From: Desulfobacterales bacterium
Lineage (GTDB): Bacteria; Desulfobacterota; Desulfobacteria; Desulfobacterales; UBA2174
Direction of reading: 5' to 3'
Length of the DNA stretch: 64,000 nt
Assembly: GCA_963668645.2 (NCBI GenBank)
Contig: CAXXWC010000003.1
Coordinates: forward strand, 416,001 to 480,000
Each line of letters begins with the position of its first letter. The first letter of the stretch is position 1. Position numbers and translations under genes: made by a program. Below the pieces are notes generated by a model, which worked only from the letters and a program-made list of their open reading frames with translations, was not told the DNA's origin and made no database searches. Shown here piece by piece: positions 22,018 to 32,461 of this stretch.

Positions 22018-22732
22018 AATCTTCTCCCAGATAGGCTTCGATCACGCATTGCTCGGCACATACGGCCTGAGGGGATCCTTCGGCGATTTTCTCCCCGTGG
22101 TGCAATACCGCCACCCGGTCGGAGAGCGACATAACCACTTCCATCACATGCTCAATGATCAGAAGCGACATGTCCATCTCCCGGCGCAACCGCTCGACCA
22201 GATCGATGGCCTCGCGCGTTTCGGTCTCGTTGAGCCCGGCCATCACCTCGTCGAGCAGCAGCAGTCGCGGCCGGGTCGCCACGGCCCGGGCAATCTCCAG
22301 GCGTTTGCGGTCCGGCAGAGTCAAGCTCTTGGCCAAAGCGTCCTTTTTGGCCAGCAAACCGGTAAAGGCCAGGGTCTCCAGTGCCTGGGCCTCGGCCTCG
22401 GCCGGCGTCTTGACCCGCACGAAGGCCCCGACCATCGCGTTGTACAGCACGCTACGGTTCAAAAACGGACGCACCACCTGAAAGGTGCGCCCGATCCCGG
22501 CACAACAAATGTCCCAGGGCTTGAGCCGCTCGATGGAGCGGCCGTCAAAGGCTACCCGGCCGCTATCGCTGGGGATGGCACCGGTAATCAGGTTGAATAT
22601 GGTTGTCTTGCCGGCCCCGTTGGGTCCGATCAGCCCGACGATTTCACCGGGAGCGATCGTCAGGCTGAAAGCATCCACCGCCTTGAGGCCGCCGAAAGAC
22701 TTGGTCAGGTTTACGATCTCCAACAGGCTCAT
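21995..22732 (-). CDS. LIV-family ABC ATPase (LivG-like), system 1
   Basis: [33 protein letters not shown]. Confidence 0.95.
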   Translation of the reverse strand: MSLLEIVNLTKSFGGLKAVDAFSLTIAPGEIVGLIGPNGAGKTTIFNLITGAIPSDSGRVAFDGRSIERLKPWDICCAGIGRTFQVVRPFLNRSVLYNAMVGAFVRVKTPAEAEAQALETLAFTGLLAKKDALAKSLTLPDRKRLEIARAVATRPRLLLLDEVMAGLNETETREAIDLVERLRREMDMSLLIIEHVMEVVMSLSDRVAVLHHGEKIAEGSPQAVCAEQCVIEAYLGEDYGAVCNS

Positions 22733-23781
22733 GGTTCGCCCTCGCGCTGAGGCTGCACGGCCACGCCCCGCAGCCGGTTGACCAGGGCGTAATAGCCCCG
22801 CTCGATGGTCTGCATCATCCCGGACGGTTTGAAAAGCATCGCCAGGATGATGATCGTTCCGTAGATAAAAAGGTGAATACCGATAAACTGGCTCCCGGAA
22901 AGGTAGATGCGCGAAATCTCGCCGATGGGAACGAGAATCAGGGCGCCGATCACCGGCCCCAATAGGGTGCCACGACCGCCGATGATGGCGATAAAGGCGA
23001 TTTCAAAGGAAAGGTTGAGTGAGATGATCCCCTGGGGAAAGATGTAAAGGACCAGTTGCGCGTAAAACGTTCCGGTCAGCGCGGTGAAAAAGGCGCTCAG
23101 GGCCAGAGCGACCAGCTTGTAGCGCGTCACGTTGATCCCCAGCGACTCGGCCGCCTCCTGGTCCTCGCCGCCGGCCACCAGGTAGTAGCCGATGCGCGAG
23201 CGGTGCAGGCGGTAGCTCGTATAGATAATCAACCCGAGCAGGGCCAGGATGGTGTAGTAATACCAGGCCTTGGTGCCGAACTGGTAAAACAGCGGCGCAT
23301 GCCCGCGCAGCGGCACGAGCAGCCCCTGGACCCCGTTGATCTTGAGGCCCCAGATCTGCTGGGTGTTCTCGGTGATGATGCGCACCGCCTCGACAAAGGC
23401 GATGGAACTCAACGCGTAGTAGGCCCCGTGCAACTTGAAGGTCGGGATACCGATGAGCAGGGCCACCACCACCGCCACCGCACCGCCGGCGAGCATCCCG
23501 ATCCAGGGAGAGATCCCTGCGTGGATGAATAAAAGGGTCGAGGTATAGGCCCCGATGCCGGCAAAAACAGAATGCCCCAGCGGCAGCACACCGGCAAACC
23601 CGCCCACCAGGTTCCAACTCGCCGTCAGGCAAGCGTACCAGAGCACGAGGATAAAGACCTGGATGAAAGTGGTGCTCTGGATCACCAGCGGGTTGAGCAG
23701 CAGCAGTACGATGAAAAGAGCCGGCAGGTAGACTTCCGGATCGGTCCAGCGCACCTTGCCTGAAGCGATCATGTCTGGCAT
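22729..23781 (-). CDS. LIV-family ABC permease (LivM-like), system 1
   Basis: [37 protein letters not shown]. Confidence 0.94.
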   Translation of the reverse strand: MPDMIASGKVRWTDPEVYLPALFIVLLLLNPLVIQSTTFIQVFILVLWYACLTASWNLVGGFAGVLPLGHSVFAGIGAYTSTLLFIHAGISPWIGMLAGGAVAVVVALLIGIPTFKLHGAYYALSSIAFVEAVRIITENTQQIWGLKINGVQGLLVPLRGHAPLFYQFGTKAWYYYTILALLGLIIYTSYRLHRSRIGYYLVAGGEDQEAAESLGINVTRYKLVALALSAFFTALTGTFYAQLVLYIFPQGIISLNLSFEIAFIAIIGGRGTLLGPVIGALILVPIGEISRIYLSGSQFIGIHLFIYGTIIILAMLFKPSGMMQTIERGYYALVNRLRGVAVQPQREGEP

Positions 23782-23809
23782 GGCGGTTACTCCTTATAGA
23801 TGAGTTCAG

Positions 23810-24694
23810 TCAGGAATCTTTTTCGAAGCCGAAGATCCCCTGCGGCCGTGAGAAGAGCACCAGCAGGAAGACCAGGTAAATCAGAGCCGCAGACCAGGAC
23901 ATGTTCAGGTACTGGCTGGCCACCGACTCGATAACCCCCACGATGATCCCTCCCAGCAAGGCCCCGGGCACACTGCCCAGCCCCCCGAGCACGACGATGA
24001 CAAAGGCCCGGATGTCGTAAATGTCGCCGGCAAACGGATGCACATAGAGCATCGGCACGATGATGGCCCCGGCCACCCCGAGGGTGGCGATGCCCACTCC
24101 AAAGGCGAGGCGGTATACCCGGTAAATGTCGATGCCCATCAGGCTGGCCGCCTCGCGGTCCTGGCCCACCACCCGAATGGCACGGCCCATGTGGGTGCGC
24201 TTGAGAAACAGCGACAACAGTGCCGTGGTGGCCACGCTGATGACAAAGGCGTAAAACAGGGGCCGGCTGATCATCATCTCACCGATCTCGAATACCTGAT
24301 CGCTGTAAGGCGTCTTGAGAGACCGGAAATTGGCTCCGAAGATCATCAAAAAAAGGTTATTGACCGCGATCCACAGACCGGCGGTAAGCAGCAGCACCCC
24401 CACCGGCTCGCGCACGTCCCGTTCAGCCTTGAACACCGACTGGACAAAGACCACCTGGGAAAGATAGCCGATGATAAAGGCTGCCGGCACGACCATCAGG
24501 ATCGACAGGTACGGATCGAGGCCGCAACCGACGCCCAGGCCGTAGACGATGTACATGCACACCATGAGAAAGGTGCCGTGGGCAAAATTGATTATCTTCA
24601 TCACCCCGAAGATCAGGGTCAGGCCCAAGGCCGTCAGCCCATAAAGGCTTCCGGTGAGCACCCCGTTGATGAGGATTTCGAGGAAAAATTGCAT
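23810..24694 (-). CDS. LIV-family ABC permease (LivH-like), system 1
   Basis: ALGLTLIFGVMKIINFAHG, GRAIR..QDREAA.LMGI, VVLGGLGS. Confidence 0.94.
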   Translation of the reverse strand: MQFFLEILINGVLTGSLYGLTALGLTLIFGVMKIINFAHGTFLMVCMYIVYGLGVGCGLDPYLSILMVVPAAFIIGYLSQVVFVQSVFKAERDVREPVGVLLLTAGLWIAVNNLFLMIFGANFRSLKTPYSDQVFEIGEMMISRPLFYAFVISVATTALLSLFLKRTHMGRAIRVVGQDREAASLMGIDIYRVYRLAFGVGIATLGVAGAIIVPMLYVHPFAGDIYDIRAFVIVVLGGLGSVPGALLGGIIVGVIESVASQYLNMSWSAALIYLVFLLVLFSRPQGIFGFEKDS

Positions 24695-24793
24695 CGGCTT
24701 GCGTCCTTTCGCCGTCCGGGCGGAGGGCCCCGCAGCCAGCGGCCCTCCGTGCCATCTCAATCGCCGTTGCCGGCTCCGACCACATCAATACGT

Positions 24794-26032
24794 CTATCGC
24801 TTGTTCCAGGGCGGCGTCGGCCACACGATGGCGGCGCCGGGCAGGGCCAGTTCGGAAGGATAGACGACCACACGTTTCTGGTTGAGGGTCTGGATCACGA
24901 CGCCGCGGGCGTGCATGTTCTGCCCCTTTTCGTCAAACTCGATACCGTAGGGGGTGATGATCCCCTTCTGGCCGGGAATCATCTTGATGTTGGCCAGCAC
25001 CCGGCGGATGTCCTTCGGATCGGTGGATGCGGCGATTTCCATCGCCTTGGCGAGAACGTAGGTCGACGTATAGCACTTGATGCAGTCGTCGCTCATGTCC
25101 TCACCGTAAGTCTTCTTGTACTTGGCGTTGGTTTCCCTGGCGATGGGCAGATCGATGTCCGGCGAGGTCTCGGCCAGGTCGAAGTAATAGTTAGACGCTT
25201 CACCCACGTTCTGGATAAAGACCGGATCGGCATGCCCGCCGGCGGTGCCCATGTAGACCATGGGGTTGATTTTCTGCTGGGCGATGCCCTTGGCCAGCAG
25301 GATGGCATCGGAGGTATACGAGGCGAAAAGCAGGGCGTCGGGTTTGGCCTGCTTGATCTTGCGCACCACCGGATCGAGGGTCGTGGAGTTGGACGGATAC
25401 GACTCGTCAAGAACCACTTCGAGGTTGAACTTCTTGGCGTACTTCTTCCACAACTCGGCCGAGGAGATGCCCCAATCCGAGTTTTCATAGATCAGGCCGA
25501 GAGTCTTGACCGGTTTTCCCGACAGGCGTCCCATCCGCTCCATGAAAGCGATCTGCTCGCGGCCGGAAAGATCGGTGGTCAGACAGACGCGGAAGGTGTA
25601 CTTGAAGCCGCGCTCGGTGATTTCCGGCTTGTAGCTGGACGGTACGATGTAAGGCACTTCGTACTTTTCGGCCACCTGGGTGCTCGGATAGGTCACGCTG
25701 CTCTGGTAGGCGCCCATGATCGACACGACCTTGTCCTTGGTGATCAGCCGCTCGGCCTGGGTCAGGCCGTTTTTGGGGTCACCGCCGCTGTCGGCCACCA
25801 CCAGTTCGATCTTGGCGCCGCCCAGCGAAGGAATCCCGCCGGCAGCGTTGATTTCCTCAACGGCCATCTTGTGCCCGTTGAGGGAGTTGACCCCGATGGG
25901 CGCCGCCGGGCCGCTGAGCGGCAGGAGGATGCCGACTTTGATGGTATCCTGGGCCACGGCGCTCGAGGAAAATCCGACGACCACCGCAATGGCGATCAAT
26001 AATGCAACAGCAGTCTGCTTCATGCTTTTCAT
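24794..26032 (-). CDS. LIV-family periplasmic substrate-binding protein, system 1
   Basis: Signal peptide (AVA|QD), IKVGILLPLSGPAA, AVEEINAAGG, ITERGFKYTFR. Confidence 0.94.
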   Translation of the reverse strand: MKSMKQTAVALLIAIAVVVGFSSSAVAQDTIKVGILLPLSGPAAPIGVNSLNGHKMAVEEINAAGGIPSLGGAKIELVVADSGGDPKNGLTQAERLITKDKVVSIMGAYQSSVTYPSTQVAEKYEVPYIVPSSYKPEITERGFKYTFRVCLTTDLSGREQIAFMERMGRLSGKPVKTLGLIYENSDWGISSAELWKKYAKKFNLEVVLDESYPSNSTTLDPVVRKIKQAKPDALLFASYTSDAILLAKGIAQQKINPMVYMGTAGGHADPVFIQNVGEASNYYFDLAETSPDIDLPIARETNAKYKKTYGEDMSDDCIKCYTSTYVLAKAMEIAASTDPKDIRRVLANIKMIPGQKGIITPYGIEFDEKGQNMHARGVVIQTLNQKRVVVYPSELALPGAAIVWPTPPWNKR

Positions 26033-26142
26033 TTCTCATACCTCGCTTGAGTCGCTTGTAAAGGTGAACGGATGTTTGGCTTCGACCACGCTTTAGAAAA
26101 TCACCCCCCTCCTCCTTTCCGTCTGATTTTACAGGCTAAGTC

Positions 26143-26850
26143 TCACAATCCGAGATAGGCCTTCTTGACCATGCTGTCTTCCATCAGCGAGGCGGCTGTT
26201 CCGCTCAGCACCACCTGTCCGTTTTCCAGGACATAGGCCCGGTCGGCCACCTTCAATGAGTGGTAGACATTCTGCTCCACGAGCAAGACGGCTATCCCTT
26301 CGTGCCGAATTTCCTTTACAACCTCGAAGACCTGCTTTACAAGCAGCGGCGCAAGACCCAACGAGGGCTCATCAAGCATCAGCAACCGCGGTCGGGCCAT
26401 GATTCCCCTGCCGATAGCCAGCATCTGTTGCTCTCCCCCACTCATGGTTCCGGCATGCTGTTTTTTCCGTTTTTCCAAGTGGGGGAAAAGCTCAAAAACC
26501 CGCTTGAGGGTCTTTTTTTTCTTTGCGCGTCCCTCAGCGGAAAAAGCCCCCAGCTCCAGGTTTTCCATCACACTCATGAAGGGGAAAAGCCTGCGAGCCT
26601 CCGGGATCTGAATCAGGCCCATCTCGACGATGCGGTGGCTCTTTTCGCCGGCGATCTCCTGATCCTTGAAGCGGATCGAACCGCACCGCGGTTTGAAAAT
26701 GCCGGAAATCGTATTGAGGGTGGTGCTCTTGCCCGCCCCGTTGGAGCCGATCACCGAAACGATCTCGCCGTTGTCGACCCCGAAGGAGACCCCGTAAAGG
26801 GCCTGCATATCACCGTAAAACGTGCTGACCCCATCAAGTTTCAGCAGCAT
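26143..26850 (-). CDS. LIV-family ABC ATPase (LivF-like), system 2
   Basis: GSNGAGKST, MSGGEQQM, DEPSLGLAP, VKKAYLGL. Confidence 0.95.
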   Translation of the reverse strand: MLLKLDGVSTFYGDMQALYGVSFGVDNGEIVSVIGSNGAGKSTTLNTISGIFKPRCGSIRFKDQEIAGEKSHRIVEMGLIQIPEARRLFPFMSVMENLELGAFSAEGRAKKKKTLKRVFELFPHLEKRKKQHAGTMSGGEQQMLAIGRGIMARPRLLMLDEPSLGLAPLLVKQVFEVVKEIRHEGIAVLLVEQNVYHSLKVADRAYVLENGQVVLSGTAASLMEDSMVKKAYLGL

Positions 26851-28663
26851 AATCCTCTCCTAGGTAGGCTTCGATCACCCGGCGATCGCTGGTTACCTCG
26901 CCCGGCAGGCCATCGGCGATTTTCTCCCCGTAATTGATCACCACGATCCGGTCCGACAGGCTCATCACCGCCCGCATGACATGCTCGATGATCAGCAAGG
27001 TGACCTTCTTTTGGGAAATCGCTTTAACCAGGTCGATGATTTCATCGGTCTCTTTGGGCGTCAGACCGGCCATGACCTCATCGAGAAGCAGCAGTTTCGG
27101 TTCGGTGGCCAGAGCGCGCGCCAACTCCAGGCGCTTGCGGTCCGCGATGGTGAGGTTTGCGGCACTGACGTCCCGGTAATTGCCAAGACCGACGAAATGC
27201 AGGACCTCCAGCGCCTTACGCTCTGCATCGCGGCGCCTGGGATACCGCGCAAAGGCGCCCACCATGATATTCTCGAGCACGGTCAGCGACACAAAAGGCT
27301 TGACGACCTGAAAGGTCCGGCCAATGCGCATGGCGCAGTAATGAAACGGTTTCTTGCGCCTGCCTGCCGACTTTCCAGCGATCTTCACCTTGCCGCGATC
27401 AGGCCTCAAAAAGCCGCTGATCAGGTTAAAGACGGTGGTCTTGCCCGCGCCGTTGGGTCCCAGCAAAGACAGAATTTCATTCTCATGCACATGGAAGGAA
27501 ACGTCGTTGACCGCCGTCAAGCCGCCAAAACATCGGCTAAGGCCCACGACTTCAAGCAGCCGTTTTGTGCTGTGCCCCCCGGCACGCTGGAGCTCCACCG
27601 GCATCCCAGAACGAAGCGAGGATGAAAAACCACGGGTAGCCCCCTCCCGGCTTGCAGCCGCGCCACCGGTCCATTTAGCAAAAAAGCGGCCATAGCCCTT
27701 CTGGAGCCCTTCGATGAGGCCTTTGGGCAAGTAGATCACCGCCACGATCAAGACCACACCGTAGATGAGCAGATTCAAACCGGCGAACTGCGGTCCGAGC
27801 CAGCCCCTTAACAGCACGTCCACCGGGGTGAGCACGAAGGCACCCAGGATCGGGCCGCCCACCGTTCCCAGGCCCCCGATGATGGAAAAAAGCGCCATGT
27901 TGATGGAGACCGAAAAGGAAAAAACCGAGTCCGGATCGATAAAAAGCAGATACTGGGCGTAGAAGGTTCCGGCCACCGAGGTGAAAAAGACGCTGACCCC
28001 CATGGCGATCAACTTGTATTTCAGTGTGTTGATCCCCAGCGCCTCGGCGGCCTCCTGGTTGTCACGCAACGCGGCGAAGTAATATCCGATCCTCGACCTG
28101 CTGATGGCCCGGGAGGTAGCGTAAACGGCCAGCAGAAAAAACAGCGAGATATAGACATAGCAGGTCTTATCGCGGAACATGAAGTTGCCCAAGCCCTCGC
28201 TGAAAGGGATGATAAGTCCCACGCTGCCCTGGGTGATGTCCCTAAAATAGACCGACAAGATGTGAAACACCGATCCGATGGCTACCGTGGCCAGGGCAAA
28301 AAAATGGCTTTTGAGCCTGAAACAGGGCAGACCGATGAAGATCCCCACCACCACCGCACCGATCGCACCGACGAACATGCCGATCCACGGGGAAAGGCCG
28401 TAGTTTAAAAAAAGCAGGGTAGAGCTATAGGCGCCGATACCGAAAAAAGCGGTGTGGCCCAGGGAGATTTGCCCGCAAAAACCGCCCAGAATATTCCAGG
28501 CACCGGCCATGGCGGCATGAAAAAACATCATCACCAGCACATCTTGTAAAAAGGGATTCTTCACCAGCAGCGGCAGCACGAAACCGGCCACGATTAACAA
28601 AACGGTCAGATAGACCCTGGGATTTTTAAGTACCACTGCGTCTTGCCTGGAGCTCGACGTCAT
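26834..28663 (-). CDS. Fused LivM-like permease / LivG-like ATPase, system 2
   Basis: N-half membrane domain (WNILGGFCGQISLGH), linker, then [24 protein letters not shown] in one frame; start set to ATG 28663. Confidence 0.93.
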   Translation of the reverse strand: MTSSSRQDAVVLKNPRVYLTVLLIVAGFVLPLLVKNPFLQDVLVMMFFHAAMAGAWNILGGFCGQISLGHTAFFGIGAYSSTLLFLNYGLSPWIGMFVGAIGAVVVGIFIGLPCFRLKSHFFALATVAIGSVFHILSVYFRDITQGSVGLIIPFSEGLGNFMFRDKTCYVYISLFFLLAVYATSRAISRSRIGYYFAALRDNQEAAEALGINTLKYKLIAMGVSVFFTSVAGTFYAQYLLFIDPDSVFSFSVSINMALFSIIGGLGTVGGPILGAFVLTPVDVLLRGWLGPQFAGLNLLIYGVVLIVAVIYLPKGLIEGLQKGYGRFFAKWTGGAAASREGATRGFSSSLRSGMPVELQRAGGHSTKRLLEVVGLSRCFGGLTAVNDVSFHVHENEILSLLGPNGAGKTTVFNLISGFLRPDRGKVKIAGKSAGRRKKPFHYCAMRIGRTFQVVKPFVSLTVLENIMVGAFARYPRRRDAERKALEVLHFVGLGNYRDVSAANLTIADRKRLELARALATEPKLLLLDEVMAGLTPKETDEIIDLVKAISQKKVTLLIIEHVMRAVMSLSDRIVVINYGEKIADGLPGEVTSDRRVIEAYLGEDYAAET

Positions 28664-28676
28664 CAGGTTGCCTTTC

Positions 28677-29549
28677 TCAAGCAGTTTCTTTATGGCCGAG
28701 CAGGCCGGTGGGTCGGACAAACAGGATCAAGATAAAAATAATAAAATATATCGCCTCTTTAAGGTGAGGTGAGATAAAAAAACCGCTGAACGACTCCACC
28801 AGCCCGATCAGCAGGCCGCCGATCAGGGTTCCCACCATGCTGTTGTATCCGCCCAGGATCACGACCACGAAAGCCGTCAGGCAAAACAAACCGCCCACGG
28901 TCGGAAAAGCGTAGTATACCGGCATGATCGCCGCCCCGCCGATGGCCGTGCAGCCCACCCCGATGCCGAAAGCGATCTGATAGGTGCGGTTGACATTGAT
29001 GCCCATTAACATCGCGGCCCTTCTTTCCTGGGCCAGAGCCCGGATCGCTTTTCCCGTATAGGTGCGCTTTAAAAAGACGAACAATCCGATGATGACGGCC
29101 ACGGCGCTGCCGAAAGCGACCAGGCGCGTCAGGCCGACCATCAAATCACCGGACTGCAATACCGTTCCGGAGTAAGCGGTTTTGAGCGTCTTGTAATCCG
29201 CCTTCCACATCAGCAGAGCGAAATTTTGCAGAACCAGCGACAGGCCCACCGTGGCAAAAATCTGATTGAGTGCCGGCGCGTCCAGAATCGGCTGGATGAT
29301 GCAGCGTTGCACGGCCATTCCGAAAAGGAAAAACAGCGGTGCAACAATAACGATGCTCAGATACGGATCGATTCCCATGGTCGTGAACAGGTAGTAGGTG
29401 GTATACATACTGAGCATCAGAAATTCGCCGTGGGCGAAGTTGATGATCTCGATCACGCCGAAAATCAGACACAAGCCGATACTGATCAGTGCATAGATGC
29501 CTCCGAGCAGGATCCCGTTCAGCGCCAATTGCAAAATGGTCGTCAACAT
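28677..29549 (-). CDS. LIV-family ABC permease (LivH-like), system 2
   Basis: NGILLGGIYALISIGLCLIFGVIEIINFAHG; start 29549 or 29555. Confidence 0.94.
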   Translation of the reverse strand: MLTTILQLALNGILLGGIYALISIGLCLIFGVIEIINFAHGEFLMLSMYTTYYLFTTMGIDPYLSIVIVAPLFFLFGMAVQRCIIQPILDAPALNQIFATVGLSLVLQNFALLMWKADYKTLKTAYSGTVLQSGDLMVGLTRLVAFGSAVAVIIGLFVFLKRTYTGKAIRALAQERRAAMLMGINVNRTYQIAFGIGVGCTAIGGAAIMPVYYAFPTVGGLFCLTAFVVVILGGYNSMVGTLIGGLLIGLVESFSGFFISPHLKEAIYFIIFILILFVRPTGLLGHKETA

Positions 29550-29743
29550 GATCATTTCCTTCTGTCTGCCGCATCGTAACGCAAATAAGGAGAAGCCGGC
29601 CGCCACTGTTTCACCGGACCTCGATGGCGATCTAAAAGTGCAGGATCCGCCGGCCGGCTTCCTTCCTTTTCCGTTCTCAGAAAGAAGCACCATCCGCTTG
29701 GGGGCGAAACGTCAAGACGACATTCCGCCCGCGGTTTAGCGGA

Positions 29744-31000
29744 TCAGCTGGATGCTTTTCTTTCCTTCCAGGTGGGCAACGGTACGATGATCTCTTTGCC
29801 CTTGACGGCGGCCTCGGCCGGCCAGACGGTCCAGAGCTTGCCGTCCTGCCACTGCACGGTGACGAGCCTGGCCCGGGTGTTCTGGCCCGTTTCATCGAAC
29901 TTCACCCCGTAGCCGGTGACCGTTTGCTGGTTGGGGATGTCGATGGAAAGCGCCGCCCGGCGCACATCTTCGGCCTTGGTGGAGCCGGCCTTCTCCAGCA
30001 CCTGCCACAGCACCATGGTCCCCATGTAATTGACCGTGGGATAGGCCGAGGTGATCTCATGACCGAACACTTGCTTATACTTTTCCATCAATTCGCTCAC
30101 GCCCGGCGCGTAAGCCGGGTTGACGGCATCCGAAGGCGGGCAAAAGGAGGTATCCATCAGGCCGGCCACATCGTTGCCCAGCGCTTTTTGAAAATCGCCC
30201 ATGCTGGCACCGCCGCCAAGGCCGATAAACGCCTTGACGTTGAAGTTGAGTTCCTTGCACTGGCGCCAGAAAAGGATCAGATCCGTCAGATAGTTCGACC
30301 CGAGGAGGATATCGGGCTTTGCCATCCTCAGGCGCAGAATCATGGGCGACAGGTCCACGGCCTTGCGGTTGTAAAACTCTTTCACATCCAGCTTCAGGCC
30401 GACATCCTTGAGCAGACCGTCAACATCTTCAGCCAGGCTGCTGCCCATCAACGAGTCTTCGAAAATGCCGGCGATCTTCACCTTTTTATGGTCAAGGCCG
30501 AGTTTGTCACAAACGCCACCGCGAGCGACCTGGGCCGCCCACTGGGCATACCAGGCCGAACGCGGACAGGTCCGGAAGAGGTATTTGAACCCGCGCTCGG
30601 TGATTTTGTTGGAAATTGCCCCCAGTTCCCAGTAGACCTTGCCGTATTTCTCGGCCACCTCGCTGGCGACATAGCTGATGGAACTCGAATAAGAACCGAG
30701 GATGATGTCCACCCCTTCCTTGGAGATCAGACGCTCGGCCTCGGTCACCGCCGTTTGCGGGGTTACCGCGTCGCCTTTGACAAAAACAATCTGCTTGCCC
30801 CCCACCCCACCATTCTCGTTTTGCACGATCCTGGCCAGTTCGGCTCCCTGGAAGCTGTCGATGCCCAGACGCGCCAGATCTCCACTGAATGGGAACAAGC
30901 ACCCGATCTTCAACTGCTCTCCGGATGCCGCCGCCGAACCGCCGGCAAGTGTGATGCAGGCCAAAAACGTTACCGCCATGATGAAACCAGACTTTTTCAT
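29744..31000 (-). CDS. LIV-family periplasmic substrate-binding protein, system 2
   Basis: MKK signal peptide after GAGGAG, LKIGCLFPFSG, ITERGFKYLFR. Confidence 0.93.
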   Translation of the reverse strand: MKKSGFIMAVTFLACITLAGGSAAASGEQLKIGCLFPFSGDLARLGIDSFQGAELARIVQNENGGVGGKQIVFVKGDAVTPQTAVTEAERLISKEGVDIILGSYSSSISYVASEVAEKYGKVYWELGAISNKITERGFKYLFRTCPRSAWYAQWAAQVARGGVCDKLGLDHKKVKIAGIFEDSLMGSSLAEDVDGLLKDVGLKLDVKEFYNRKAVDLSPMILRLRMAKPDILLGSNYLTDLILFWRQCKELNFNVKAFIGLGGGASMGDFQKALGNDVAGLMDTSFCPPSDAVNPAYAPGVSELMEKYKQVFGHEITSAYPTVNYMGTMVLWQVLEKAGSTKAEDVRRAALSIDIPNQQTVTGYGVKFDETGQNTRARLVTVQWQDGKLWTVWPAEAAVKGKEIIVPLPTWKERKASS

Positions 31001-31128
31001 CTCCTCGTCTCCCCCATCGGTTATGGTTTGGGTGCTGCGCTGTTCGGCCACAGGCCCGCGGATCCGCTCCCCAGGTCAGGAAAAACCGGCCGCCAGCGCC
31101 CACCTTGAATTTTCCGCCGCCCGGCGGA

Positions 31129-32298
31129 TCATCCCTGCGTCTCCGCCACGCGGCTGCAGCCGAACATCCGCATGAAATTCAGGTAAATTTCCTCAGCCAT
31201 TCTAAGTTGCTTGATCGGCATGCTCTCCTTGGCGGTGTGAACGATGAATTCGTCGCCGGGGCCTATGCCGATGGTGGGAATATGAAAATCATTGACGATG
31301 TAGCTCGAGTCCAGAGTGAACTGCCAGCTTCGCAGCTTCGGGCTTTGGGCGGTCTTTTGCTCCACAGCCTGTTTCATCATCTGTACGTATGGGGTGTTCG
31401 GATCGATGAAGGTCGGTCGCATCCGATCCGAGACCACCTTGAGTTCATACTTGAAATCCGGATTCTTTTCGCCCAGCCCTTCGAGGATCGCCAACAGTTC
31501 ATCTTTCCGGTCGCTGGGACTTTCGCCCGGGAAGTAGCGGCTGTCGAATGTCAGCCGGCATCGGTCCGGGACCACGCTCAAGCGTCCGGGACTGCATTCG
31601 ATATTGGTCACGGCACAGGTGGCCCGGCCGAGAAAGGGGTGGCTTTTGGACTCCAGGCTCTGGATGTATCCATCCAGCGCGTTGAGAAAATCGCGCATGG
31701 TCAAAACGGCGTTGATACCGCCGTGGGGATTGCTGCCGTGGGAGGTCTTGCCGAAGGTCTCGAGGCAGAACTGGACGTACCCCCTGAAGCCGAGGCAGAT
31801 GTCCAGGTTGCTCGCCTCGCCGATCACCGCCACCTGCGGTTGGACATCGAGATGCTGCATGGCGTAAGTCGTGCCGGTCCCATTGGCCGGCTCTTCCTCC
31901 ACCACAGCATGAAATAGGACGTTGGGCGGCTGGGCCAGTTCGTCCAACCGGCTGAAGGCGGCGATATAGGCTGCCAGCGCGCCTTTCATGTCCACGCTGC
32001 CACGGCCGTAGAGCACATCGCCCGCCGCGCCGAATTTGGCTCCGTCTTCGATGCGGCCGGAAAACGGATCGGGCATATCCCCAGGATCGACGGTATCCAT
32101 GTGCCCGTTGAAGAGCACGGTCGGCGCCTTCTCGTCAAAGATGCGCTGCGCGATGACGTTTCCAATCCCGTCGATGCACACCGTATCGAAGAAGGGTTCA
32201 ACCGTTTCTTTTACCACGGCGGCCAGTTCGGCTTCGTTTCCCGTCGTGCTGGGGATCCTAACGAACCGCTGCGCCAGTGCCACCACGTCCATCGCCAT
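31129..32298 (-). CDS. M20-family metallo-amidohydrolase (ArgE/DapE/YgeY-like)
   Basis: GHMDTV, LYGRGSVDMKG, VEEE, IGEA, SHGSNPHGGINA, GPGD...H; ATG 32298 after TAAGGAGG. Confidence 0.92.
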   Translation of the reverse strand: MAMDVVALAQRFVRIPSTTGNEAELAAVVKETVEPFFDTVCIDGIGNVIAQRIFDEKAPTVLFNGHMDTVDPGDMPDPFSGRIEDGAKFGAAGDVLYGRGSVDMKGALAAYIAAFSRLDELAQPPNVLFHAVVEEEPANGTGTTYAMQHLDVQPQVAVIGEASNLDICLGFRGYVQFCLETFGKTSHGSNPHGGINAVLTMRDFLNALDGYIQSLESKSHPFLGRATCAVTNIECSPGRLSVVPDRCRLTFDSRYFPGESPSDRKDELLAILEGLGEKNPDFKYELKVVSDRMRPTFIDPNTPYVQMMKQAVEQKTAQSPKLRSWQFTLDSSYIVNDFHIPTIGIGPGDEFIVHTAKESMPIKQLRMAEEIYLNFMRMFGCSRVAETQG

Positions 32299-32461
32299 CT
32301 GTGCCTCCTTAGGGTAAAGCCCGCGTTTTTTGGCAAAAAAATTTAAACGGCGTGTAAATAAGCCCGGCCGCCCAAAGACCCTGCAAATGCAGGTTTTCGC
32401 AGCCGTTGCGGCGCGCCGGTCCGTTTTGCTTCGACGCCTGCCTTTCCGGCAGCGGGGCAGT

